IMG/VR virus record: IMGVR_UViG_3300031992_000044
Reading direction: 5' to 3' (one strand)
Source: a virus
DNA: 64,000 bases
The position numbers were made by a program, and so were the translations under genes. The stretch's first letter is position 1. Each line of letters starts with the position of its first letter. The notes under the pieces are model-generated. The model searched no databases, was not told the DNA's origin, and saw only the letters and a list, made by a program, of their open reading frames with translations. Of the stretch, positions 25,521 to 36,128 are shown piece by piece.

Positions 25521-28500
25521 ATGAATCCGTTTTGTCCAAATTTAAGTAATAAACAAATAAGTTCTGAGTTTTAGGAACTGGTTAGCATTTTTGGTGAAGA
25601 CAAAGCGTATTTTCTTTGGGATATGAATAACGGGTATAGCTTAGACAAGACTCCAAACGGAGAGGCGTCTAAGCTGTTCTCCGGCTTCTTTAAAGCATCT
25701 GGAGATAGAGTAAAATCTATGAAGAACGTACAAAGAAGTTTGATGTCTGTAAGAAAAGAATACGTTGCTCCAAAGATGGAGTAGTTATCTATTTTGCCAG
25801 AATCCGAAATTTTGTCTTCTGTCTCGGATATAGAAAAAGTAGTAAAATCTGCATTTCAAGGCTACAATTTTTCTATTTATGAATATAATGGTAATTTGAT
25901 ATTACGAACCAAAGCAACAAACGCTCAAAAGTTTAAAATGAACTTGGGGCGTGTACTAAAACCTCTAGGTTATAATATATCCCCTGTATTACAATATGCC
26001 GGAGATAAGGTTAAAATAAAAATAACTAAAGCTAAACAAAAATAGCAACCGATTACACAACAGCCAATTCCTACTGGAGAAAGAGATTTGGCTTACTTCA
26101 GATATGATAGAGCTCTGTATGAGCAAGAACAAAGAGAATTTGCTGATCTGGATGAAGAGTATGTACAGAAGAAGAGAGAGTATCAATCTCCAGAAATGAA
26201 ATTAAAATCATTAAATACGAAAGATGATTTATTAAACTCTGGTGCAACTACAAACAATCAACAAACACAATCTTCCAGCTTTACTATCTCTTTTGCTGAT
26301 TCTATAACTCAACAGATGTATGACATTGGTGTACAAATAGATATAGAGCGTAGACAGTTTATACGCAATGTACTTGATCAGTATAAGCAAAATCATCCAA
26401 ATGCATCTCAACAAGATGAATCTAGAATAATAACAAGTGCTAGACAACAATTTGATACTACTAAATCCAATCAGATTATGTAGCAGCATCAAGTTTAGTT
26501 GGCTTAGATGTTTGGTCTCTAGATGAACACGAACGGCTTCTACGAGAGTCAAGAAACGTCTCAGAAAAAACTGATGTTAGAACATTTTATAAATAGCCTT
26601 CAGGAAGCCACTTTTAAGGCCTACAACCTAGAGAACATCAACAGAGGTAAATATCAATAGGTCGGCGCAATTCAAAGCGCTGCAAGCCTTGGAAATGTGC
26701 TCTACAATGCTATTTACAACGGAGATCTAACTACGCTTGACAAAGCAATGGCTAGAGATTATGTCAGAATGTTTTGGGCATCTCCTTTGATACAAGCTGC
26801 ACTGGAGTCATTTAATACTAGAGATGCTCAAGCTGCAGAAGACGCTCTTGTAAATAAGATTACGCAAGAACCAGTCGAATCTAGAGATACTAGTATAGTC
26901 GATTGGTTTAGGAATTTCTGGAACCAGCTTAATAATCTTGTACAGCAGATATTCGGTGTACACACATTTACTGATCAACAGAAAGAAGATATACTCAAAG
27001 GAGTGGATACTGCATTCATGATCGGTGAAGATCTTGAGCTCGCCAATGAGAACTCTATTATACTTGATAGATACGATGGAGATTTTTCCACTTCAGACTT
27101 ACTATCTGAGAAAGACAAGAGCGTTCTTACTGACATCTACAATGGAACCAAAACTAGGGTTAGATCACAGCAAGCTAGAACAGCGCAGAATCCTAAGTTG
27201 ATAGCAGACCTTAAGAGTAGGCTTGAGATCATAGATGGTAAGAATCAAGACTCTCTTACTGATACGTTTGACATTATAGAAGACTTCTTGATCTTTGCCA
27301 ATAAAGAGATTGGAGAGACTAGACATCTTATTGATCATACGTTCCTAACAGCAGGTTCTATGGATTCTTGGAACCCTCAAGAGATTAACTTTATTTAGCA
27401 AGATCTTATTGGTCATTATGACAATCTGTTAAATAGTATATACGAGCTGTTCTCTGATAAGTCTTCTGCTGTAAATAAATACAACGAGCATAGAGCTGCT
27501 AATGATCCAAATGCTATTGATCTTAAACATTATACATCACAACTTATACGGGCTATAGATTCTATAAAGAAGGACTACAACCAGAATATAGTAAAGCCTT
27601 ATGTTAGAAAAGTTCTTACAGACTATGTCAACGAACAAGATGCTATAACCGACAAAAAGACGTTTGTATATAACATGGAGCGTTGGCTTGAACAAGATAG
27701 CGCATATGGTGATCTTGCAGCAGGTGAAGTTCTTATAGGTATGGCTTCTAGATCTAAGAGTCCTATTGTTCGTATAGTTGAGAAGATGATGTCTGAAGCA
27801 GAGTTTGATACAAATAGACAAGTTCTTAAGAAAGGTAATGAACTTGTACGTCTATATAATAAGATACGTCCAACAGGATCTCAAATAAGTCCGTATAACT
27901 GGCAAAAGCGCTTTATGGAGCTTGATAGAGACGGTCTTCCTACTGGTTACTTTATTCGTGATATCAATGAAGGACAGTTCTACATCGACAAAGATAACTT
28001 CGAAGCGTCACTTAGAGCTAAATACGGTTTAACTGCTGATCAAGATGGCCATACTATCTTCCCAGAAGAAGAGTTTACTAAGAACGATAGCGTTTATAAT
28101 AAGTATAATGATGAGCTTGATGAATGGCTAGACGAACGTTGTAATAGACGTTATACATTGGAATACTATAAAGCTAGACGTAGATATTTGTCTCCAAAGA
28201 CATTACAAGCACAGAATAGAATACAACGCCAGATAGACCTTATTCTCGATAAATGTCGTATGGCTTCTGGATTAGTAGACTTATCAAAACTTACTTTAAA
28301 CGAGCGTAGTTAGCTTAATATGTATCGTAAACAAAAACGTGATCTTGGTAGTCATTACATCTTTACAGAAGGTACTGATGGTATACTCAGGGTTGAAGAG
28401 AAGGTAGGCGATGCATTAAAGATGGCTGACGAAATAAGCGAATGGAATAAATATATAACCGATAAGGTTAAATATAAACCGGACTGGACAGCATTTAATA

Positions 28501-31442
28501 AGGCTATCGCTGATATGCAATCAGAAGGAGCAACATAGGACGAGATAGACGAGTTTAAACGTAATAATACCGTGATGCGTATTACTCCTGAGTTCTATGA
28601 TATACTACATAGAACGGTAGGAACTGCTGCAACTAGTAAAAAGTTAGAGTAGCTTAAACGTAGACATTCTGAAATATTGTAGGCTCTTAAAATGAGAGAA
28701 GGCGCTGGACGTCATAATCTTACAAAACTTGGTTCGGGTCTTACTACGGATCAATCCGGTTGGAGAGAATTATAGAGACTTGAACAAGAAATGGCCAATG
28801 AGAAGCACAGACTTAAGGCCGCTGGTTTAAAAGGATAGCCTGGAGAAATAGAAAGTCTTAATTTTTCTGACATAGCTGTAATGAGGTATGTGCCAGTAAG
28901 TGATGTTGACGACACTTCTTACTTATATAGTCTTATACAACAATGGAAATCTGCTGCGGTATCTAATACGAACTTAAATAATGTATTCAATGAACTATTC
29001 ACGTATAAAGATGAATCTGGCAAAATACGTTATTTGAAAGCATTCCAATATCTTACTCCAATGAAATGGACTCTTACTGTGGAAGATGAAACTATAAGAT
29101 GCATAGAATCTCTTCCTGGTAGTGAGTATTCTGAGCTTGATGAAAGTTCTTCATTTGTAAACGATAAGTTCGTTAAGAATGGCAAATCTATACAAGTTAA
29201 AGATGTCTATAAGAACGAAGCATTTAGTAAGCTTACCGCTGATGAAAAGCAATTCTTAGACGCTCTTACTGCTACTATGGATGAAGCAAATTCTATGATT
29301 CCTAATAAGTCATTATACAGAGACGGCAGGCTTCCTTAGATAAGTGGTAGAACTATGTCTGTTCTTTCTAATACACTTAGAGCTAAAGAATGGAGTACAG
29401 CTTTAAAATATCCATTTAGAAAGTTTGGTGTTAAATATGCTGAGACAGATCAGGATGTTACTACAAATATGGACTTGGCAAGACGTCCAGATGGTTCTGT
29501 TGTAAACAATATACCTATTAGATTTGTAGAAAAATTGCCAAATACTGCAGTATAGACTACAGATGTACTTGGTTCTGTAATAGCTTACTTTGACATGGCT
29601 TGTAACTATGCTAATAAGTCTAAGAATCTTCCTACACTTGAGCTTATTAAGTATGCAGTAGATCCATCATAGGCTATCAACGGTAATAAGATGAATGATC
29701 AGTATTCTAAGATTGAGAATATGCTTGATCAACGTTACTATGGTAAAGAAACATCTTTCGGATTTAGTAGTGATGAAAAGATAACTCCGTCTAAACAAAG
29801 AACTATATAGGCTACGAAGACTATTAGAAATCTTGCTGCTGTAGCTATGCTTGGTGTCAACTTTACTACTATTGAGGTAGGTTATATTGACGCAATGTGT
29901 TCTATGTTATCAGATGCTGTAGGTGGTAAGTATATTACAGGAGCTGATATGCGTAAGGCATTTGCTTACTGTATTGCTCATACTGGTAAGATGTTATCCA
30001 ACTTAGGTAATCCTGTAGTAGAAGACAAGCTTGTTGCAGCTATGCAGTTTAATCAACTTAGTAGAAGCAATTCTGAAATATTCTCTTCAACAGACAAGTT
30101 TAAGTTTGACAGATTTGTACACGATCATCTTCTGATGGGAGGTTATACACTGGCGGATTATATGGTTAATAGTATGATGCTTACAGCTACATACAACCAT
30201 TATAAACTTATGACTAATCCTACTACTGGTAAACAGCAGTTTATGTCTAAGAGTGACGCTATCAACGTATTTACCTCTGTTGGTTATACTGAGAAAGAAG
30301 CTGTTAAACAGTGGAAGAAATCTAAGACTACATTATGGGACGCATATGAGCTAAAAAACGGATTATTTGTTAGAAAAGCTCAATATCAAGATGCCATAAC
30401 CAAGAAGTTAGAAGATCAAATAGCTGGTAGATTAAGAGACCGCACAGCCATCTATAACGGTATTGTTCCAATGACAGAGAAGGCTAAAATGCAGTAGAAT
30501 GTATTCGGTTCATTTGTAACGCTTATGCGTAACTTCTATGTCAATACTTATTGGGATAGATTTAAGACTGGTGGTGACTATATTACAGAAGATGGTGATC
30601 ATCATATAGGATGGACATCTGAATATAAACGTGATGATCTTGGTCTTGTCAATCTTGAAACCGGAGAGTTTGAAGGAGCTGTATTCAAAGACTTTTGCAG
30701 AGGAATGTACAAACTTGCATCAAACGCTAAAGCTTTATTTAGAAGTACAGATGTCAACAAACTTACTAGTGAACAAAAGTATGCTGTAAACAGATGTCTT
30801 ACTGAACTTGGTATAATCACAAGTTTGATGTTCTTGATGTTGTGGAGCGTAGCGTTTGCTCGCAGCAATGACTATGATGACGATAAAGATCCCGTTTGGC
30901 TTGTTAACATAGCTGGTTTAATGCCGTGGACTAAAGAAAAACTACTTACGTTCAACTTTGATAATGCCGATAAGAAGTTCTTTGACTTCTTAAGGTGGAA
31001 ATTAGCATTGTTGTCAACACGTGGATTTACCGAACGTCTTACTTCTTGGTGGGCGCCTACTGTTCTTGAGTTGTTCACATCACCATCAACAGCAAAATCT
31101 TATTTAGACGATATCGGTACGATTTGGGATCTCGCTTTAGACATGTTCAGTCAACATGCGGAAGATGAAATTAAGACTGGCGGATATAAACACATGACTC
31201 GTAGAACTCGAGATGTCCTAAAACTTACTTCTGCATTCGGTGTTGATAATTTGGTTCGTCAATGGCACACAGATGGCATCAAGTCTACGTTTAACTATTA
31301 TAGAAAACTTACACCAACAAGCGCAATAGTTCCATCGCAGCAAGAATGGAATGAGCAGCAAGGTTTAGGAAAGCACGGAGGAAAGAATACAACGAAGAAA
31401 AAGAAAAACAAGAAAATAAACATAAATGGTTTTGCCGAGTGA
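25521..31442 (+). CDS. second giant virion (cargo/ejection-type) protein, 1973 codons, TAG-recoded
   Basis: ATG at 25521, 2 nt after the previous TAA. All track ORFs from 25794-26045 to 30525-31442 are in frame 3. 20 in-frame TAGs counted, ends TGA 31440-31442. Hydrophobic LTELGIITSLMFLMLWSVAFA segment and a basic KKKKNKK tail. Confidence 0.65.
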
Positions 31443-31522
31443 TTTATGTTTTGAATTGAATTTCGACATTTCACTTTGGCTATCTTGTAGATTGTTGTAT
31501 TTAAACAATATAAACGAATAAA

Positions 31523-31550
31523 GGGGAGGCATTCAGTTGAATGCTTCCCC
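31523..31550. terminator. bidirectional intrinsic terminator between the convergent modules
   Basis: GGGGAGGCATTCA / TGAATGCTTCCCC inverted repeat, preceded by AATAAA and followed by TTCTTC. It lies between the ends of the + gene (31442) and the - gene (31533). Confidence 0.6.
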
Positions 31551-32015
31551 TTCTTCGTCTCCATACTCCTCTGGTGCATAATCCTCTTCAGGTAATATAG
31601 AGGGTTCTGGATGTTCGTACATTGTTCCAAGAAGTACGTTATTTGTTATCCACGGATCTTTATGATCCCAAAAATCTAAAATCCGCTTTTTTTGTTCAAG
31701 TGATAACATTATATTACCATCTCTTAATAGTTTTATTACACGATTTATAGTAAAACAATACACTGTATAAGGTTTACCATTAATACGTGCAATACGTGTA
31801 CTATACCTATTAGTAAATTTGTTTAATTTGTAAAAACAAGTAGCAACATCTTTACTTTTTGCGTTGGTATCATACATTAAGAATAAATGGTCCGTCAATG
31901 ACGGTTTGTTTTTATCTTCAAAGAACGCATCAACAAAACCACTGCTACCTTCTATATCCTTAATGGTTATATTAGGATTTAGCAGTGGAATTGCTAATTT
32001 CATCAAATTGCTCAT
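31533..32015 (-). CDS. hypothetical protein
   Basis: 160-aa ORF ending TGA. ATGA-type 4-nt overlap with the upstream gene. Confidence 0.6.
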   Translation of the reverse strand: MSNLMKLAIPLLNPNITIKDIEGSSGFVDAFFEDKNKPSLTDHLFLMYDTNAKSKDVATCFYKLNKFTNRYSTRIARINGKPYTVYCFTINRVIKLLRDGNIMLSLEQKKRILDFWDHKDPWITNNVLLGTMYEHPEPSILPEEDYAPEEYGDEEGEAFN

Positions 32016-33028
32016 AGGTTCAATGACTCGGAGCCGTTGCCTTCATAATATTCTCTACTATGATCCCACTTGTTATGCTCTTGGTGCCAATGTATAGCAT
32101 CTAGAGCATCTACAATCATAGAAAATCTAGATTGCACCATGAATTCTTCTACTTTAAACACTCTTATCTCATAGGAACCTGTTGTATCAATTCCAACAAT
32201 ATAATAATCAAAACTCCATTCATCTGGATTCTGATCGCATTCGTTTCGAAGATACCATCTAACTGCGCGTTTATAATAGCACAACTGTCGTAGGTAATCA
32301 TACTGATCTATACTGTCTTCAAAGTGCCACAATTTTTGTGTAGTTTTTAAATCCATTATAGTTGCTCTTTGATTTTCGAAATCAAGGGCTAGAGAATCTA
32401 ATAACGATTTACATTGTAATCCATTATTCCATTCCCAGTTAATATGAAATTCATGGTAACATTTAACATCATCTTTTTTGTATTCCATAGACTCCATTAA
32501 ATGTGCATTCTTTCCGAATGGCCACAATAAATTCCATGCAAGTTTGTGAGATTCCACATTCTGCTTAATCTTCTCAAGCATTTGGGCATCATAAGGAGTT
32601 ATCATAATCCTTCCATCATTTGCTTTCAGGAAGTCTATGTAATCCTTCAACGTAGAGGCTATTTTAAGGCCTTCTGACAGCATTTTGTCTTCTGACTTTC
32701 CTGCTGTACTATACGCTTCTTTATATGCGCTTAGAATGGCTCTATTTGGCTCTATTTCTAATGTTTGTGCCAGCTCCTGACAGAACTTCTCCTGCTGTGC
32801 AGATAAAGGTCTACTTTTGTCCCAGACTACGTATGTCTTTTGGAACTCTTCGGGCTGGAGTAGGTACATGTGGATCATAGATCCACGTTCAAGGACACTA
32901 TTCTTCTCCTCTGGAGGAGGATTGGTAAGCATCTTATGTAAAAAGGCTGGCCCCTTCTGTAGAAACCAGCCTATATTACTATTCGAGATTCTTGTAAGGT
33001 CCTCGTAGTATGGTGTATCAATTACCAT
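32012..33028 (-). CDS. PD-(D/E)XK recombination exonuclease (PDDEXK_1-like)
   Basis: HEFHINWE ... SLLDSLALD ... IMDLKTTQ ... YDYLRQLCYY gives E, D, D-x-K and QxxxY in order. The start was moved to the internal ATG (MVIDTPYY) that overlaps the upstream stop. Confidence 0.65.
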   Translation of the reverse strand: MVIDTPYYEDLTRISNSNIGWFLQKGPAFLHKMLTNPPPEEKNSVLERGSMIHMYLLQPEEFQKTYVVWDKSRPLSAQQEKFCQELAQTLEIEPNRAILSAYKEAYSTAGKSEDKMLSEGLKIASTLKDYIDFLKANDGRIMITPYDAQMLEKIKQNVESHKLAWNLLWPFGKNAHLMESMEYKKDDVKCYHEFHINWEWNNGLQCKSLLDSLALDFENQRATIMDLKTTQKLWHFEDSIDQYDYLRQLCYYKRAVRWYLRNECDQNPDEWSFDYYIVGIDTTGSYEIRVFKVEEFMVQSRFSMIVDALDAIHWHQEHNKWDHSREYYEGNGSESLNL

Positions 33029-33266
33029 CCTTCTTTGGTTTATGTTTATCAATAAACTTACGTATAGTATCTCCATCTTTAAGCACATTCTCAGTAAAAT
33101 AACGTAAGAACTGCTTAAGTTCTTCTACTGCTTCATCAGCAGTAGGGAACTTATTATATCCAACGATAGTTCCAAACGGTCTACATGTATCGACCGTAAA
33201 GAACCATCCACTAGGACTATAATTGATCTGAAACTTTACGTGATAGTTTGCTTCTTCTAAACTCAT
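33018..33266 (-). CDS. hypothetical protein
   Basis: 82-aa ORF, coupled on both sides. Confidence 0.5.
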   Translation of the reverse strand: MSLEEANYHVKFQINYSPSGWFFTVDTCRPFGTIVGYNKFPTADEAVEELKQFLRYFTENVLKDGDTIRKFIDKHKPKKDGN

Positions 33267-34054
33267 TTTTCAGAAAGATTCATGTCGTTAAACAAGTCTT
33301 CATATGTATCGTTAGGACAAGCATTTACTTCATCTGCAAACGAAGCAATATTATCAAAACTAGCACATGCGAACTTCTCCTGAATAAAGTCAGTCAAAGG
33401 CTTAATTTCAGTCTTATCGTCCAACTTATCTTCAAGTACTGCCTGTATCATAGACGCAGGCATCTCTCCATAATCCCTCCAATAACGAATACGAGAACAA
33501 CGATCCTTCAGATATTCATTTACATCTTCATCGTCGTTACATGTGAAAATCATCAACTTTTTACCAGACGAGTTAATACCGTCAAGTACTTTCAGCAGAT
33601 AATCATCATCATATCGTTCACCCAACTTGTCTACTTCATCCATAAGTATACAAATCTGTGTATCTGCAAGCTTATTGAACAAGCTGATAAGATCTTTAGG
33701 GTAAAAGCTCTTATCTATTAGAAGAATAGGAAGTTTAGATTCCAAAGCTATACGCTTCATCATAATCGTCTTACCACTACCTTTAAGACCAGACAGCATT
33801 ACGCCTACTGTGCCCTCTTTGGTTATGTTATAACGATCTACAACTTTATTGACAAACTTATTATCTTCATCAGTAGTGTAAAGTTTCTCAGGTAATGTAA
33901 TATCGGGTGCCATATTAAACGATATTTCATCTGTATATCGATCAATATCTGCAGTATATACTTTACCTGATTCAAGTGCATAATCAAGACCTTCTGTCTT
34001 TGGCTTAAACACTACTTTTTCTCCTACTTTCAGAAAGTTTTTGTTCTGTTCCAT
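33263..34054 (-). CDS. AAA+ ATPase
   Basis: Walker A GLKGSGKT and Walker B ILMDEVD. Confidence 0.7.
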   Translation of the reverse strand: MEQNKNFLKVGEKVVFKPKTEGLDYALESGKVYTADIDRYTDEISFNMAPDITLPEKLYTTDEDNKFVNKVVDRYNITKEGTVGVMLSGLKGSGKTIMMKRIALESKLPILLIDKSFYPKDLISLFNKLADTQICILMDEVDKLGERYDDDYLLKVLDGINSSGKKLMIFTCNDDEDVNEYLKDRCSRIRYWRDYGEMPASMIQAVLEDKLDDKTEIKPLTDFIQEKFACASFDNIASFADEVNACPNDTYEDLFNDMNLSEK

Positions 34055-34443
34055 TATTTTTGACTCTTTTGGTTCTTAATAATGTCCTCAATCATCTCAT
34101 CGACCTGTTTATGATTCCGTACTAAATAACACTTCATCTTAGATCTATGTTTCTTGAGGTAATATTTGAAGAGTTTAAATCTTAAAGGAAAAGAATCTCC
34201 CATAAGACCTTTACATTCTACCACAAAACCTCGTCCGATAAAATCGGGAAGGTATGTGATAGGACGTATTTTCTCTCCAAGGAATTCGAACTTTGGTAGA
34301 AGGACAAAATGCTTTGGCTCATATTTAACAGGTATACCTGCTTTCATAAAAGCTTCATACGTATAGAGTTCGAGTTTACTACGAAAATGTAGTCCATACG
34401 CATCGACCTTAGTCGCATTTTTAACCCTTCCGGAAGACTTCAT
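34054..34443 (-). CDS. PD-(D/E)XK endonuclease, Holliday-junction-resolvase-like (DUF1064-type layout)
   Basis: FRSKLELYTYEAF ... YLPDF ... VVECKG gives D ... E-x-K with the usual N-terminal helix. Confidence 0.55.
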   Translation of the reverse strand: MKSSGRVKNATKVDAYGLHFRSKLELYTYEAFMKAGIPVKYEPKHFVLLPKFEFLGEKIRPITYLPDFIGRGFVVECKGLMGDSFPLRFKLFKYYLKKHRSKMKCYLVRNHKQVDEMIEDIIKNQKSQK

Positions 34444-34591
34444 TTTTAAGAATAATCTTAAAAGTATTACACTCCTCGATTAGATTTTCAAGTTTCTTGA
34501 TTTCTTTGTCCAGCAAATAGTTACCGTACAATAAAACTCCTCCAATTCCAATCAATGTTCCTATAATGGAACCAATCAAACAATTAATCAT
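34421..34591 (-). CDS. small membrane protein (56 aa, below the track cutoff)
   Basis: ATG overlaps the primase stop (ATGATTAA). MINCLIGSIIGTLIGIGGVLLYGNYLL is one predicted TM helix. Confidence 0.3.
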   Translation of the reverse strand: MINCLIGSIIGTLIGIGGVLLYGNYLLDKEIKKLENLIEECNTFKIILKNEVFRKG

Positions 34592-35558
34592 ATCTTTCTA
34601 CTGTTTTAGTTAACCAATCCTTTACAACGAAGAACCCGTTCAACTTTACAGCATCAGACACGTCCTTCGCTTTAAACTTTTTATGGACGAATATAGCATC
34701 AAATTTATACTGTCTACTATACTTACGAGCATTTTGCATTCCTGCAGCATCTCTATCATATAGTATAACAATATGTTTCCATTTACTTTTTAGAGACTGC
34801 AATATATCTTCTGGAATAAATGTAGTCTCACTAGAAGCAGCTATAGCATTAAATCCCATCTCATGTAAACACATCACATCTTTTAAAGATTTAGTTATGA
34901 TGAGGAGATTACCACCCTCCTGTGGCAACTCGGCTAGCCCCTGAACATACCGATTTGTCAGATTGGTACGCCATTTAGTATACTTGGAGGCTAAAGGTCT
35001 ATAAATCTTAAATCGATCATAAACCTTATAGGCATACATAGGACTATCTTCTTTGTAGGTTCCTCTGACGACTCTATTACAAAGAAAGTATTTAATGCTA
35101 AACACGTTGAATTTCTTCAGTGTATCTATTGATATATGGAATTGCTTCCAATACTTTTTATCTACTTCTGTAAACGGTTGTCTTACTATCCCAATATCCG
35201 TCTCAGACGCATTTTCAGCCATTCTGACGGGGTTTTGGACCCTTTGGTTAGGATTTGTACACCTGAAGATTCTAAGGAGCTCACGCTCGAGTTCTTCGCG
35301 TGTATTCAAGCCTTTTATAAGCTTAACAAACTTGAGAGCATTACCTGCTTCTCCAGTACCATGATCTTTAAACAACAAATCCCCGGTTTTGCTAGGAAAT
35401 ATAGCGAAGCTGGGGATTTTATCATCTGGTCTCAATGGACTGTTCATTAAGACTTTTGGCTTAAAACTACCAAGATAGTAAGAATAGATAGTATAGTCAT
35501 CCAATTTATCCAACAAGTCTCTTAGACTCATTGTAATAGCTGTTTTTGTACTATACAT
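34584..35558 (-). CDS. DNA primase (TOPRIM, DnaG-like)
   Basis: LLIITKSLKDVMCLHEMGFNAIAASSE ... ILYDRDAAG. The start is set at the ATG inside the conserved 20-mer (MYSTKTA). The track ORF starts at 35609. Confidence 0.75.
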   Translation of the reverse strand: MYSTKTAITMSLRDLLDKLDDYTIYSYYLGSFKPKVLMNSPLRPDDKIPSFAIFPSKTGDLLFKDHGTGEAGNALKFVKLIKGLNTREELERELLRIFRCTNPNQRVQNPVRMAENASETDIGIVRQPFTEVDKKYWKQFHISIDTLKKFNVFSIKYFLCNRVVRGTYKEDSPMYAYKVYDRFKIYRPLASKYTKWRTNLTNRYVQGLAELPQEGGNLLIITKSLKDVMCLHEMGFNAIAASSETTFIPEDILQSLKSKWKHIVILYDRDAAGMQNARKYSRQYKFDAIFVHKKFKAKDVSDAVKLNGFFVVKDWLTKTVERYD

Positions 35559-35647
35559 GGCTTTAAGCTCTTTTGTATTGTGGTTATTCTCACGGGCGAA
35601 GTGAGACATACTAAGACGTAGCTAACGGCCACCGCTAATAACCTCCA

Positions 35648-35791
35648 TTAAATTACCTTAGAAGGTACATCTCTTGCTGTCCCATACTTATGTGGGCCAA
35701 GCTCACGCAATCTTACGTGTCTTTTTTCTCTACCTCCACGATTCCAATACCAATCGTGGAACCATTCTTTTCGTTCTTCTTTTGTCATCAT
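35648..35791 (-). CDS. small basic ORF (47 aa), uncertain
   Basis: ATGATG start abutting the tRNA-like element, ends TAA. It contains a perfect 8-bp hairpin CCACGATT/AATCGTGG, so it may be RNA structure rather than coding. Confidence 0.2.
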   Translation of the reverse strand: MMTKEERKEWFHDWYWNRGGREKRHVRLRELGPHKYGTARDVPSKVI

Positions 35792-35792
35792 T

Positions 35793-35873
35793 GCAATCAG
35801 GTGGGGATTCGAACCCCACAATCCGTCAACTACCTTTTAGGGTGACCGTCATAACCTCTAGACTACTGATTTC
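35793..35873 (-). ncRNA. tRNA-like element with non-canonical anticodon arm (loop contains CUA)
   Basis: Minus strand: AAATCAG TA GTCT AGAGGTTA TGAC G GTCA-CCCUAAAAGGUAGU-UGAC ... GTGGGG TTCGAAT CCCCAC CTGATTG. The acceptor, D arm and T arm are recognisable. No register gives a 5-bp stem plus 7-nt anticodon loop. Confidence 0.45.
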
Positions 35874-35963
35874 CAAAATTAACAGCTTCCCGACCTGATA
35901 TTATCTCCCGGTTGGCGGAATGTTCCAATCAGAATTTGCCTGAAGACACTCACACTGCTATTG

Positions 35964-36098
35964 TTAAAATCCCATTTCTTCTTTAGATGGAATCTTTTCA
36001 TTGTTTTTCTGAAGTGATCTTGCTAAAAGCACTATTAACTGCTTATCTTTTTCTTCAGGAAACATTCTTTTTGCTAATCTATAATATTTTTTCTTCAT
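35964..36098 (-). CDS. small Lys-rich ORF (44 aa), uncertain
   Basis: ATG at 36098 to TAA 35964-35966. MKKKYYRLAKRMFPEEKDKQ... Confidence 0.2.
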   Translation of the reverse strand: MKKKYYRLAKRMFPEEKDKQLIVLLARSLQKNNEKIPSKEEMGF

Positions 36099-36128
36099 AA
36101 TCGTTAGGGGCTGGCTGCCGTTAGGCCT

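Noticed and set aside
25516-25523. Programmed frameshift or fusion joining the two giant genes
   Set aside because: The first gene ends in TAA (not TAG) at 25516-25518, and an ATG in the new frame follows 2 nt later. Two separate genes is the simpler reading.
100-31442. Treating each TAG-bounded fragment as a separate small gene under the standard code
   Set aside because: The fragments share a frame over many kb. Conserved motif sets span TAGs. Most fragments lack plausible starts. The merged genes have coupled starts and stops and end only in TAA or TGA.
35674-35898. + strand 74-aa ORF
   Set aside because: It lies antisense across the tRNA-like element at 35793-35873.
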